Of a stretch of DNA of 64,000 bases, positions 44,050 to 62,440 are shown piece by piece. This DNA comes from the human T2T-CHM13v2.0 reference genome, Homo sapiens: NCBI RefSeq assembly GCF_009914755.1, contig NC_060927.1; one strand, written 5' to 3'. The position numbers and the translations under genes were made by a program. A model generated the notes under the pieces. The model was not told where the DNA came from. It made no database searches and saw only the letters and a list, made by a program, of their open reading frames with translations. Position 1 is the stretch's first letter; each line of letters starts with the position of its first letter.

Positions 44050-44090
44050 CAGTTGACCCTTTAACAATATGACTTTGGACTACACAGGTC
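44050..44090 (+). mobile_element. Tigger2a (MER28) left terminus
   Basis: CAGTTGACCCTTTAACAATATGACTTTGGACTACACAGGTC matches the Tigger2a TIR and start; breaks exactly at the LTR. Confidence 0.8.
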
Positions 44091-44545
44091 TGATGCAAGG
44101 CAGGTAAGCCTCAAATGTGGGGCTTAGCCTAGGAGTGTTCCTGGCTTCACCCAAGAAAGAATTCGAGGGCAAGCTGCTGGTGGTAGCAACTTTTATTGAA
44201 GCAGCAATGTACAGCAGCAGCAGAGGTACTGCTGCTTGTGGATCAAGGCTACCCTATAGGCAGTGTGCCCAGTGTAGTAGCTCAGGGGCAGTTCTTCAGT
44301 CATATGTAGACTCACTTTTAATTACATGCAAATTAAGGGGTGGGTTATTCTGAATCTTCCAGAAAAAGGGTGGTACTTCCGAGTCATTGCCATGGAAAGG
44401 GGCTATAACTTCTGGGTGTTGCCATGGCACTAGTGGGCATGTCTTGTGAAGAGGTGATTTCTCCTCTTCCTTTGTTCAGCTAGTTTTCTATCTGGTCCAA
44501 AGTTGAGTCCCTGCCTCTGGAGTTGAGTCCCACCTCCTAACTTCA
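44091..44545 (-). mobile_element. 3' LTR of MER66-like (HERV-V related) provirus
   Basis: Minus strand TGAAGTTAGGAGGTGGGACTCAACTCCAGAGGCAGGG...AATAAA...GGCTAAGCCCCACATTTGAGGCTTACCTGCCTTGCATCA; homologous to 55818-56070. Confidence 0.85.
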
Positions 44546-44631
44546 TCCTCAGAGAATAGATACTCCTTCTGAATCTTAAGAGGGCTGTAGCAGGGTAGAG
44601 GCCCACCGTCTGTAATTGCTTCCTGATGATT

Positions 44632-46190
44632 TTACAGGTGTAGGCCCTGCCTATCATTGAAGGAGTATAAATCTCTGGATACCAATATAAGGGGCCAGCC
44701 CAGAGACAGGATGCTTTCATTCTCCAGGTCAGTAGATGGGATAGGTTGGAAGCCTTGTGCCAGCATTCTCTTCAGCAGAAACTGTTGTAATCTAGAAGAC
44801 ACAAACTTTACTAAGAAGTTAAACAAGCAAGGGCTAGAAATTAGTAACAACAAGAGAACTCTCAATGGTCCTAGGAGAGGTAAAAACCAAGTAAGACTTG
44901 GGAAGGCACTTTTGATAATTGACCAGATATAACTGAGGTCAGTGCCCTTGTTATGTCTATGTAAACAGGTACAAGATCTCTTGAATGTTAACTTCAACAA
45001 GTCCAGAGTTGTTCATATATGTGCAGCAGGTTTTATTAATAACTACATAGACTCTGTCTTGTTCAGCTAGTAAATAATCTAACGCTAGTCTGTTATCTAG
45101 AACTACATTTGCCAAAGAGTCTAGAGATTCTTGAATTCCCTTTCGTGCTTGAACTGTGCTAGTGGCTAAGAATTCTGGGGTTTAAGTCCAGTTCTTTAGA
45201 GTTGAGTCATGGTAGGCAAAGCCACTCCAGGGTGCCACTAGTCCTATTGCTGCCCCATTTCCCACCTGAATTAATCCTATTGCTCACTTACTTCTGGCAT
45301 TCCTCGGTCTTACACGATTATAGACTGTGACCCCTGAAAGGGCAATGGTGGCCAATGTACATCGACCCCTGTACCAAGTTTTTGATATACAAAAGAAAGC
45401 TGCTCCTAAAAGAATAGATGACTCCCCAGGAAGGTGGGTGTGGTTTAGGGGTGTGACTTTTCCCCACTCAGGGCCAAAAACAAAAATAAGCCCATTTGAG
45501 GCACAAACAGAGAAGCCCTGCAGGGTGTGATGTTTACACTTTGCTACCAAGTTAGGTCTATAGAAATATTTCTTCCCTGTTCCAGTGGGTGTGGTAGAAC
45601 CATCTTTGTTTTCCAGAAGGGGGTGGTATTCCTACCTTCCCCGATTAGGCTGTTGTTTTTTTCTCTGTATGTTCTGATCTGAGAAAAGGCATCATATATA
45701 TCCTCCTTGCTTATGAGTGGAATCCCATTTACCTTGCTGCAGCCTTGGGAACCTGGCGACTAGAGTTGGATCATAGCATTGCAGGGAAACTTCCACTTTT
45801 GTCTCAACACAGCAGTGGGTGTGAAAGATGGAATCATTAGTGCACTGGAGCTATAGGTAACCAACTTCCCAGGTCCGGGTAACAATGGCAGGAGGGTTCT
45901 GGTGGAATCCGTTAAGCTGGGGAGAGTTTCATCTAACGAGTAGGAGTTTGGATATCTTCGGATCGCTATGATTAGTTAGGAGGTCTGGGGAGATGGCCGT
46001 GAGATTTTCTGAATGGGCCAGAAGATGAAACTCTCTGCCCTGGAGATGTTGATTACAAATCTGGCAACCATGAAGATAATTTCCTGATGCTATAATTTTT
46101 GAAATATTTACTATAGAGTTTTGTTCTCACCCACACTGGATCAGGGAAATTAGAAGTGGAAACAGGATTAACAGTGGCAAAATGGTGTCC
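44632..46190 (-). pseudogene. Disabled gamma-type env of the ERVV/MER66 lineage
   Basis: Signal-like LLILFPLLISL; NSIVNISKIIASGNYLHGCQIC; furin site RSK* (45284); fusion peptide AIGLIQVGNGAAIGLVAPWSGFAYHD; ISD SLANVVLDNRLALDYLLAEQ; VYVVINKTCC; TM IWSIIKSAFPSLTWFLPLLGP...PCLFNFLVKFVSSR. Confidence 0.92.
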
Positions 46191-46448
46191 AGTTGGGTCT
46201 TAGAGCGGCCTCTACACCCAACAAGAACTAAAGAGGTGTTTCTCAGGGGGAGGTGGTTGGCCAAAGCAATAGAAAAGAAGTACTACAATCAGGAAGAAAA
46301 GGAAAAAATAAAGCCCTTATTCCCACCCACAGTATTACATTACCATTTCTGACTGAGTGCTGATTATTTTAAATAGGTAGAAGAAGTCTTCCAAAAGTTT
46401 ACTAACGTAGGTCAATCTGTCACCTCTTTGTACCTGTGACTCATAAGA

Positions 46449-46538
46449 AACAGATTTAATCCTTAATAGATGGACTCAAGTAGCTATTGCCTGATGTTTA
46501 ATAGTGGTGGGTATATTTAACAATACCTGATAGGTACC
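46449..46538 (-). pseudogene. ERV integrase C-terminal (GPY/F) remnant
   Basis: Translates as GTYQVLLNIPTTIKHQAIAT*VHLLRIKSV, resembling the GPYxVLLxTPTAVK...WVHxSRIK motif. Confidence 0.75.
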
Positions 46539-46699
46539 TGTCAAAGATTAAACCTGGTTCTTAGATTTTATTTTGGTTGTAATTGATTATTGAGGGATCC
46601 TTCTTTTTAAGTTTTTAGTCAGACTAAGTCTTCTGGTTGGAGGCAATACTTTATATCTGTATTCTTGAAGGACCTTGTATACCTAGCCTAAATTTTAAA

Positions 46700-47860
46700 G
46701 GGTATAGTGAGATGTGTCCAACCCCATTTCCCATCATGGCTTCAATTAGTTTTTGTTTTTGTTTTTTTTTTAAAGATGTCTTTGGAATTTCCTTTGGCCA
46801 AGGGACTTAGAGTCAAAAGACTTATAGCTAATCAAACATTCTAGGATAGATGGGAATGGAGGCAGGCTGACATTTCTTATTTCTTAAAACCCTCCTAGGC
46901 AATATAAGAGTCAAAAAGCCAAAATTAAGGTTACACATTTAACAAAAACAAAAACCCAAGAGCATAAAATCAAACTCCACTGGGGGGAAACACTGCTCCT
47001 ATAGACCTCTAAGACAAAAACATGAGCATCAGGCTACGACAACAATCTGAACCAGAGGAAGAAGTCACAGGAGCTGATTTTAAAAGCTAAAGGAGATAGA
47101 CATCATCCTAGGCTTTCTTAAAGGGAGAAAGAACTGAAAGCAGCAAGATACAATAACAGTTGAATCTCTGAGACACAAATCCAGTAAGTTTTAAAAGAAA
47201 CTTGTAATAGCATTAAAAGCAAAATTTCCCATAATTTAGGAAATCAATGGCTCAAGAAAACCTTGTTCCAATATGTAGACCATTTTCTAGAAAACCTACC
47301 ACAAACAATTTTCCTTTATTCATAGCAAGCTTAATCATACACAAAATTCCTTCCATAAATTCCCCTTCATGAACCTAATCACAATTTACACAGACATGGC
47401 TTGAACTTTCTGACTTGTCCTATACTACCACTTTCTTAAATAACCAGTCATTTTACTCTAGGACAAAAATTTACTATATAAGATTTTTCTCATACAATAT
47501 TACTCTTTATACACTTCTTTTTTTAAAAAAATACATCTATCCATAACTTTCTTCACATCTGTTTTCTACTCACTGGTTTCCTCATATTATGAATCTCCCT
47601 TTAAGAAACTTCCAAGTTAGATAAAAATTATTTTTCCTCAATAAAATACATCTTCTTTGGCACATTTTATAGAAACCTAGAAAGCAATAAATCTTGAACT
47701 GCCCATCAGACATTGCCATTCTATAGATGAGAACTATTCTATAATTTCAAGATTCTCAACTATGCAAAAAACTCAGTATTTAAAGCCATATTAACAAATT
47801 CAAAGCCTATGAACATCAATGATTTACCAAGGTAAAACTCTTAAAGTTAAATTTTAGAAG
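46700..47860 (-). mobile_element. AT-rich non-coding ERV internal sequence (MER4-group type)
   Basis: Lies between the integrase remnant and the L1 insertion; no RT/RNase H motif recognised. Confidence 0.55.
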
Positions 47861-47869
47861 ACACAATTT

Positions 47870-54058
<6,189 letters not shown>

Positions 54059-54739
54059 TGATGTGATTTCTTATTTACTGCACATTCCCATCTAATTGTG
54101 TTTAGCCAATGATTTATAAAAAATGTCACATTTGGCTCTTTGCCCTTCCAAGATCAATAGGAGGGCCCAATGTGGGCTGGCTGTGAAAATATATCAAACA
54201 TGTCACCAAGAAGAGGGTGCAAACTGGGGATAGAAATTTTTTTTTAATTAACAAGTTTAGACTTATTTAGTTTATGAGTGCTGTTTTATTTGTAAGTCAG
54301 TTTGATAGCATGCTAAACACAATACACATCACACTATCTGTATTTATATCTTAAAAAACAAATTAAATAAAATGGCCTATATAAGGCAACTGATTCAAGC
54401 TATTTATAAAAGGGGGACCCATCTACCTGGACAAATTTTGTTTGTCCTAATAAGTATGGAAGACAGGAGGTGGCACAGGGAAGGAGATCCCATAGCACTA
54501 CAAATGGAAGGGAGGGAGTGAACTGCATTGTTCAAAGGGAGTCCCTGAGCTACTGGAGAGCTCACCCAGCTGTGGAGACACTGAAGAAAAATGTTCAGGC
54601 AGCTGCTTGTCTGTCACTGCAGGAAGCTGTCCATTGGGTCAAGGGTCCAAATTTGCTTAAGCCAGGTGGTTGGTTGGGGCTACTGGAGGAAGCCTAGCTC
54701 TGGTATTGATGGAAAGCTTTTTCTTCTCTCACTGGGGAG

Positions 54740-55800
54740 ATATAGGACATTCTCATTGCCAATGGCCTTTTTGCTTATAGTAGGCACACTGATTCTGACC
54801 CAGGGCTCTTCTCTGGGCATCCCAGATGCTGATCTCACAACACTTTCTCAAGATGAGTAACCCTGAGGGGTAGGAGGCTTAAAGAAACTGTTAAAAATTA
54901 CACTTTAGGGTTATTTATTTTGTTTTATTTTTATCTCTTTTGCCAAATTCCCATTGTTATCAACTTTAAAAGCCAAGTTTAAACGTTGGCTCATAGAGAT
55001 TTGAAGTCCCATTGCTGCTTTTTGTAGTCTCCTTCTAATTTCAGGGGCAGACTGAGTAATAAAATATATACCACTCAGGTAACTCTCATATATATATAAT
55101 CACTCAGGAGAGCTTGCCCTTCTGGGGAGTCTTGGTCTGCATTAGTATATTTCCTGCAACTAAGCAGCCCTAAACTAGAGCGGGATTTTTGTTTTTTCCC
55201 TCAGTTATTTCTCTAACCTTGTCATAATTGACTGGCTTAACCATATAATTTTTTCTCCACTTTTTTTCCACAGCATAGCAAGCAGATGACAATACTTGTA
55301 AGTCATGGCAAGTTAAAGAACATAGTCAACTTAACAAACTCTTCTATAAATTTTTCTGGGTTCTCTGAAAACTGGTCAAATTTTTCCCTATCTAAAGCCA
55401 AATCACACATAGCAAATGGCACTTGTATTCTAAGTGTTTCTTTATTTCCATCATCTACCTCCTGCAATGGACATAGATTTGACTTTACGAACTAATATGT
55501 GGCCCCACTCTTGGTGGTATTGGTTGGGCTTACTTTCTTGGGCAGTGGTAGATATAGGCTGGGGCTACTTGGATAACAGAGAGGACCTTGGGGTGGAATC
55601 CTTTTTTAGATAACTGGCAGGATCCCCTCAGAATTGAGGGAATGAGGAGACTCTAGGGAGGGATAGGACTTCTTGGGAGAACATCTAGGAGCAGATCCCT
55701 TAGGTGTGGCTTCCCAGTGCCTGGAAGTAATGTGAGTCAGTAAAGGTTCATAAAGGCTGGTACGTAAGGGGCCTTTTCCCATTTTCCTTTTTTCTTTTTT
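54740..55800 (-). pseudogene. ERV gag remnant (capsid MHR and nucleocapsid zinc knuckle)
   Basis: KPVNYDKVREITEGKNKNPAL...KYTNADQDSPEGQALL (~55105-55245) and GQNQCAYYKQKGHWQ*ECP (54743-54800), a degenerate CX2CX4HX4C. Confidence 0.88.
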
Positions 55801-55817
55801 TAACATAATATGTTCAA

Positions 55818-56070
55818 TATGCAAATTAAGAGATAGGTTATTCAATTTTTTTTTTTTTTTTTTTAGAAAAAGGTTGGTATTTCTGGGTCATTGCCATGGA
55901 AAGGGGTGGTAATTTTCAGGTGCAGCCATGGTAATGGTAAACTGACATGGTGCTGGTGGTGAGGTGCTCTTATGAAGAGGTGCTTTCACCTCTTCCCTGC
56001 TTCAACTAGTCTTCAGTCTGTCCCAGAGACAAGCCACCACCTCCGGAGTCAAGCCCTGCCTCCTACCTCA
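55818..56070 (-). mobile_element. Partial 5' LTR (U3 part only) of the MER66-like provirus
   Basis: Minus strand starts TGAGGTAGGAGGCAGGGCTTGACTCCGGAGG; homology to the 3' LTR stops near ATGCAAATTAAG. Confidence 0.85.
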
Positions 56071-56462
56071 AGCCTCTTATCTATGGATTTTCTTCCACCT
56101 CTGCTACCCTGGAAACAGCAAGACCAACCCCTACCTCTTCCTGCTCCTATTCAAAGTAAGGATAAGGATGAAGACCTTAGGATGCACTGCAACATAATGA
56201 ATGGTAGACATGTTTTTCTCCTCCTTATGATTTTCTTAATAACATTTTCTTTTATATAACTTACTTTGTTGTAACAATACATTATGTAATGCATATAGCA
56301 CACAAAATATATGTTAATCAGCTGTTTATGTTATCGGTAAGGCTTCCAGTCAGCAGGATGCTGTTAGTGTTTAAATTTTGGGGAACTAGAAAAAATATGC
56401 AGATTTTTTACTACAAGGGGAGTTAGTATCTCTAACCCCAGCAATTGTTCAAGGATTAATTG
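56071..56462 (+). mobile_element. Tigger2a (MER28) remainder
   Basis: CTTATCTATGGATTTTCTTCCACCTCTGC...CAGCAAGACCAACCCCT...GTTTATGTTATCGGTAAGGCTTCC...TTGTTCAAGGATTAATTG followed by TA. Confidence 0.9.
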
Positions 56463-57226
56463 TATATGTACATTTTGTATTAAAAGGAGAAAAGGGATGT
56501 ATATTGGGGCAAATGTTAATAATGATTCTCTTTGAAATTATAAAAATTTCTAATATTATCATATATTTTAAAGTTTTTTTCTGAATTTTATAGGTAGAAT
56601 GCTTTATGATAAACAAAAAACACATTAAATTATATATTTTTAAAATAAACAACCTCTATTTATGTTATAATAATTGTGAAATATTCCTAAGCAAATCAAC
56701 TGCATCTTTCAAATTATTCACTTTCTCTTTCAATAGGTATTTACTAAGGCTTCCTAAAAAGGAAATTTCACATGAGTCACATAATCTGCTCTGTCACTTT
56801 CAAAAACTGAAACATCATATCCATTTCTAGAGCAACAGGTGCTTGGAGTTCCCCCTCTGTAGGGGTGAGTGAAGTATTGGCCTCGGGCCCTTCATGGTCT
56901 CTCCACAGATCTTTGTCCAGATCAACGAATACATTTTTCCAAGTGGCTGCCTGTGTTGAAAATAATGTTCAAAAAGGATAGTGTATTCCCTAACAGCTGC
57001 TTCAGATAATAAAATGATGACATTTTATTGGTGCATTTCCTTCTCTAATGTGCTTCTGCACACATCATCTCATATGATGACAGCCTAGAAACTTCCGACA
57101 GCAGCAACATATCATAGAGCGATTTTGTACCTCATCCTCTCAACCACATTTGCTTTCAAACAGCAACAAGAAACTGTACCAAGAAAATCAAACAGTTGGG
57201 CCTGGCTTGAGTAGGCAGTGAGATAG

Positions 57227-57814
57227 TGAGGCAGGAGACTAGGATCTGGAGGCAGGGAACCTAAGGCTGCTTCACGCCAACTTCCTAGAACTAAATTGCA
57301 AGGAAAACCCTAACTTTCCACGCCTAAGTCACAAAAGGCCAGAGGCTACTCCCTTTGCAAGCCCTCCACTTTTTCTGCATGGCAGATGGGAAATTGGCTG
57401 CACAACCAATCAGACAGACTGTGGGTGGAGTCTTCACTTTTTACAACCAATCAGATGTTTGCAAAGGAGTGTGACCTTCCTAACTTCACTTCAGCCTCTG
57501 GTTGGCTGCTTTATGCAACCAATCAGACTGATTTCAGGCTACCACTTCATTTACATGAGGTGAGCATGAAGTGGCCAATGGGAAACTTCTAGGGTGTATT
57601 TGGACCCAAGAAGATTCTATGTCTGGGCCCCTGAGCCACTGCTCGGCCCGCTCCGCTCCCACACTGTTGGGTGTACTTTCATTTTCAATAAATCCCTGCT
57701 TTTGTTCTTTGATTGCTTCATTCTTTCTTTGCTTTGCTGAACATTTTGTCCAATTCTTTGTTCAAAATGCCGAGAACCTGGACAACTTGCAGTCACGGCC
57801 CTCTACTGGTGACA
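57227..57814 (+). mobile_element. MER51 (ERV1) solo LTR
   Basis: TGAGGCAGGAGACTAGGATCTGGAGGCAGGGAACCTAAGG...AATAAA...GAACCTGGACAAC...CTGGTGACA; 4-bp TSD ATAG/GTAG; several CCAAT boxes. Confidence 0.92.
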
Positions 57815-58207
57815 GTAGAGAAGGAATAGGAAATTATATCTATTGGATGCCTAAGTGTGATGTAGGCACAGTGGGAAGCCCTTTTACCCATGCTAATATG
57901 TATATTTTTTGACTAAGGGACTTTTATCCTGGGGATAATAAAAGTGGGTGAAACTAAAATAAACACATATTCAAATCAAAGTACAAAAAGAAATGTAACA
58001 TTTTATTCACTGGAATCCCTCTTGGGATCACATGAGGAATATCTGCAAATCCTCCATCCTTTCCCTGCAAAATACTTTGTTATTAACTCTGTGACATCTA
58101 CAAAACAACCTTAGATCTTCTTTATTTGATCATGTGGCTCAGTTTTGTGTTACTATGCAAACGTTTCATGCATAGGAGACACTTGAGGCCTTAGCCATCA
58201 TTTACAG

Positions 58208-58413
58208 CAGTGGTTCGCAAAGTGTGGTCCCTGGCCTAGCACCATCAACATCACCCAGGAACTCACTAGAAATGCAAATTGTGGGGTCCAAAAATTATAA
58301 TTTAAACCAACTAAATCAAACTAAGAGTGGAGAGAGAGGGGTACCTTAGTAATCTATGCTTTTTACAAGTCCTACAGGTGGTTCTGATATAGCCACAAGT
58401 TTGAGAAGCCCTA
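58208..58413. mobile_element. MER5A (hAT-Charlie) DNA transposon
   Basis: CAGTGGTTCGCAAAGTGTGGTCCC...AGAAATGCAAATT...CAGGTGGTTCTGAT...AAGTTTGAGAAGCCCT. Confidence 0.88.
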
Positions 58414-58789
58414 GTAGTTAACAAGAATGATCAGATAGTATTTTTTTTAACTATAATCATTAAATCTGGTATTTCTCTTTTTCTTTGGCCCTCTCTCCAT
58501 TCAGTCTGCTAGTTCAGGTTTACTCTATCTTAGCAGCAGAGTTCCCTGCTGAGACAAAGATTACTTTGTGTCTTAATTCAGACTATAGACTGAGGCTGGA
58601 CACTGGCTCACACCTGTAATCCCACCAAACAAGAAAAGCATTCCCTGAGGAGAGAAAATGAAGGGAGGGTTGCAATGACAGTGTAAACATTGACAGTTCC
58701 CAAAAAGTGTGGTTCAGCACACTACCCTTTTGGAGTGTCACTGACATGACCTTAGACCTTTGACCTCACAGTCATACAAAGTATGACTA

Positions 58790-58980
58790 AGTACTTAACT
58801 CACTCAACCCTCTCAACAACCCTGTGAGGTAGGCACTACTATTATCCCTGCTTTACAGATATGGGTATTGAGAAGTCCAATTACTTGGTAAAGGTCACAC
58901 AGCAAGTAAATGGGCAAGCTGGAATTGGAACCTGGCAGTCTGGATCCAGAATTCATGCTTATAACCACCTAGTTATGCTG
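58790..58980 (-). mobile_element. MIR SINE
   Basis: CAACCCTGTGAGGTAGGCACTACTATTATCCCTGCTTTACAGAT...AAGGTCACACAGC...GAACCTGGCAGTCTGG. Confidence 0.85.
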
Positions 58981-60039
58981 TCTGATTCTGAGGGCACATG
59001 AGCAACCAAACTGAGTAGCATTTAAACATCTGTGATTTGTGCCACTAACATGTAGAAAGAATATAGATAGAATTTAGAGGAGAAGGCATAAAGAGATTAG
59101 TTGAATCCAATTAAATGGTGAGGCAATTTTCATGAGGAGGCATAACAAATAGGTAACATGGAAAGTGAATCCAGAAGATGCAGTCTGTGAAGTGAGATGG
59201 ACAGCCAGAAGGAACAAATGTAAAACTCGTCTCAGTCTGGCAGGCAAGAATCCCATTGGCATTCCAGACAGCACCCTCTCAGGTCATTAAAAACCTCAGC
59301 CACTTGAGAATGTAACCTCAGAAATTATTTGAAAGTGTTACCCTAAATATTTTGGCTTAGCATAATTATTTCATTAGTTGGTAGCATTTTTCAACACAGA
59401 GAAGATTTATAATTAGATATAGAAATACTTAAGCAAATCCAAGCTATAATATGAACGTTATGTTCTAAATCTGTGCATGTGTGGTGTGTCTGAGAACTTA
59501 TAATGATCAGAAATATTTGGTCTATTAAAATAATAGGTTATACTTATAATTCTAATTCAGAAATTAATGCACAATTGAGTAATTGGTTTATATTTTCTAT
59601 TTTTTTTTACTAAAGTATGCCTTTTAAAAACACAAAGAAAAATATGTTAGCAAATAATTAACATTTTTATTCACAATTTTTATCCTCCTCTTTATTCCCT
59701 ATAGCAACCTTTTATTCAGTCTTAGGAGAAAATACTATTAAGATTTTGTTTATATACTAGTAGACTTATAATTTTAAATTGAAATCTTACTAAGATATTG
59801 TGAACAATATTAGAACACTAAATAGAACTTGAGATTCACCATGCATATCAGTTATTCGGCTGATAAGAATAACTTAGGTACTTAATTGAGGTACTTAAAA
59901 AGAAATAGAATATATTAAATTTATAGACACCATTTAAAATATTATTTAAATGAGTTTAACAGAATGTGTGTAAATAGGGCCAACTAATGATTACAATGAA
60001 ACAGTGTATTTACTACAGTTTCTTCTTCTTGCACATTCA

Positions 60040-60347
60040 GGAAAATTGTATTTCCCAGCCCTACTGATAGGTTGAGATCTTATAAACGAGTTCTTGCCTG
60101 TAGAAATGTGTCACTTTGGTATAAGATGGTTAAGAGCAAGACTAAATGAAAGTGAAGTACTCTGAGATGGCAAAGTTGAAAAAAAAGAAAGCAGCCTAGA
60201 TCCTTGAGTAACTTTTGGAGGACAGATGCCCAAGAAAACTACCTGACCTGTATCAGGCTGTGACAAGAGCAAGAAATGCACCTTTATTACAATTAAGAGC
60301 CTGAAATTTGTTACTGCAGCATAACTGAGCTTATCCTGATTAAAATA
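60040..60347 (+). mobile_element. Old MLT1 (I/J-like) MaLR LTR fragment
   Basis: TATTTCCCAGCC...GCAGCCTAGATCCTTGAGT...TTTGTTACTGCAGCATAACTGAGCTTATCCTGATTAAAATA. Confidence 0.7.
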
Positions 60348-60435
60348 GCAATCCAGGATCCCTTAAAATGGATTATTGGAATCTAATAGATTTATCAAGA
60401 AAAATAAGAATTTAAAACTTAAAATGTTAAGGAAT

Positions 60436-60852
<417 letters not shown>

Positions 60853-61149
60853 CTACGTACTTAAATCTGTAACTTTAGTAAATTTAGCACTAGTTTTCAC
60901 TTCTCATTTTATTATAGAGAAAATTTAACTTATAGAAAGTTGAAAATTGTTACAGTCAGTACCTATATGCCCACCATATAGGTGGGCGTACAATTAAGAA
61001 TTACCAGGCTTGCTTTATCAAATATTTGTTCCTATTTTCATATTCTATTAATCAGCAGTCCATCTTATTTTGATGTATTTCAAAGTAAATTTCAGACATC
61101 AGTACATTACCCAAAATACTCAGCATATATATCATTAACTACAGTTCAG

Positions 61150-62440
61150 TATTTTCTTTTGAGATAAAATTTATATACAATGAAATGCACAAATTGTAAA
61201 TGTACTATTTAGTGTGTTTGGACAAAAGCACACCTGTGCAACTCCAAATCTTGTCAAGGTTCTTAATATTTCCATCACACAGAAGGTTTTTTCAGGTACC
61301 TTTCCAAGTGATCCCTACCCACACCTTGAGAGGCCATCATTGTTATGAATTTTTCTACCACAGTTTTGACTTTTCTAGAGCTTTATGTAAATTTAATCAT
61401 GCAGTATGTACTCATTTGTATAAGACTTCTCTCACTCAGCAAAATGTTTTTGAAATTTATCCATGTTGTTGCATGTATCAGTAGTTTGTTTCTATCTATT
61501 GTTGAGTAGTAGTATTCCTGTATGACTATACCATAGTTTGTTTCTGCATTTTATTAATAAATTTTTAGACTATTTCCAGTTTGAGTAATTAAGAATAAAG
61601 CTGACATGAATATTGTCATACAAGTCTTTTGTGATATATGTTTTTATTATTCTTAGAAAAATATGTAGGCATGAAATTGGTGGGTCATAGGGAACATACA
61701 TCTTTGGTTCTATAATAAACTTCCAGATCTTTACTCAAAGTGGCTGTGCCATTTTACATTCTCACCAAAAGTGTATAAGAGTACTGTTTTGCTCCATTTC
61801 CTCATCAACATTTTTATCCATCTTCTGAATTTTAGCCATGCTGGTGGGTGTGTAGTACAATCACGTTATGTTTTTGATTTGCATTTCCTTGATGACTAAT
61901 GATATTGAGTAATTTTCCTTTGTAGTGTCTGTTCAAATACTTTTGCCCATTTTTTATTGGATTATTGGTCTTTTTGTTGTTAAGTTGTAGGAGTTTCTTA
62001 TATATCCTGGATACCATTCTTAGATATCCTGGATACCATTCTTAGATATCCTGGATACCATTCTTATATATTCTGGAAATGTTTTGCAAATATTTTCTCC
62101 CAAACTGGGGCTTACCTACTCATTTTCTTAACAGTGTTACTTAAAGAGCACATTTTAGTCTCAAGGAAGTCTTATTAACTTTAATTTTATGGTTATCACA
62201 TTATGTAGCCTAAGAAACCTTTGTCTACGCTAAATCATGAAGATATTCTAATGTTTTCATCTAAAAGCTTTTCAATGCTTTTATGTTTAGGTATGTGACC
62301 ATTTCTAATTTGTTTTATGTTTGGTGTAAGATAGAGGTTGAGGTCAATTATTTTCCCACATAGAGACCCATTTATCCAAGTGTTATTTCCTTTCCCCATT
62401 GGATTGCCTTGGAGCCTTTGGCAAACATCAAACAACTGTG
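61150..62440 (-). mobile_element. Old L1MB/L1ME 3' fragment
   Basis: Antisense ORF2 remnants (VSRIYKKLLQLNNKKTNNPIK; LNLYLTP) and 3' UTR TTGAGATAAAATTTATATACAATGAAATGCACA. Confidence 0.85.
61995..62077. repeat. 22-bp minisatellite, ~3.8 copies, inside the old L1
   Basis: TTCTTA(G/T)ATATCCTGGATACCA starts at 61995, 62017, 62039 and partially at 62061. Confidence 0.92.

Noticed and set aside
58594-58624. 31-bp Alu 5'-end-like fragment GGCTGGACACTGGCTCACACCTGTAATCCCA
   Set aside because: Too short to classify; probably a deletion remnant of an Alu or FLAM, with no TSD seen.
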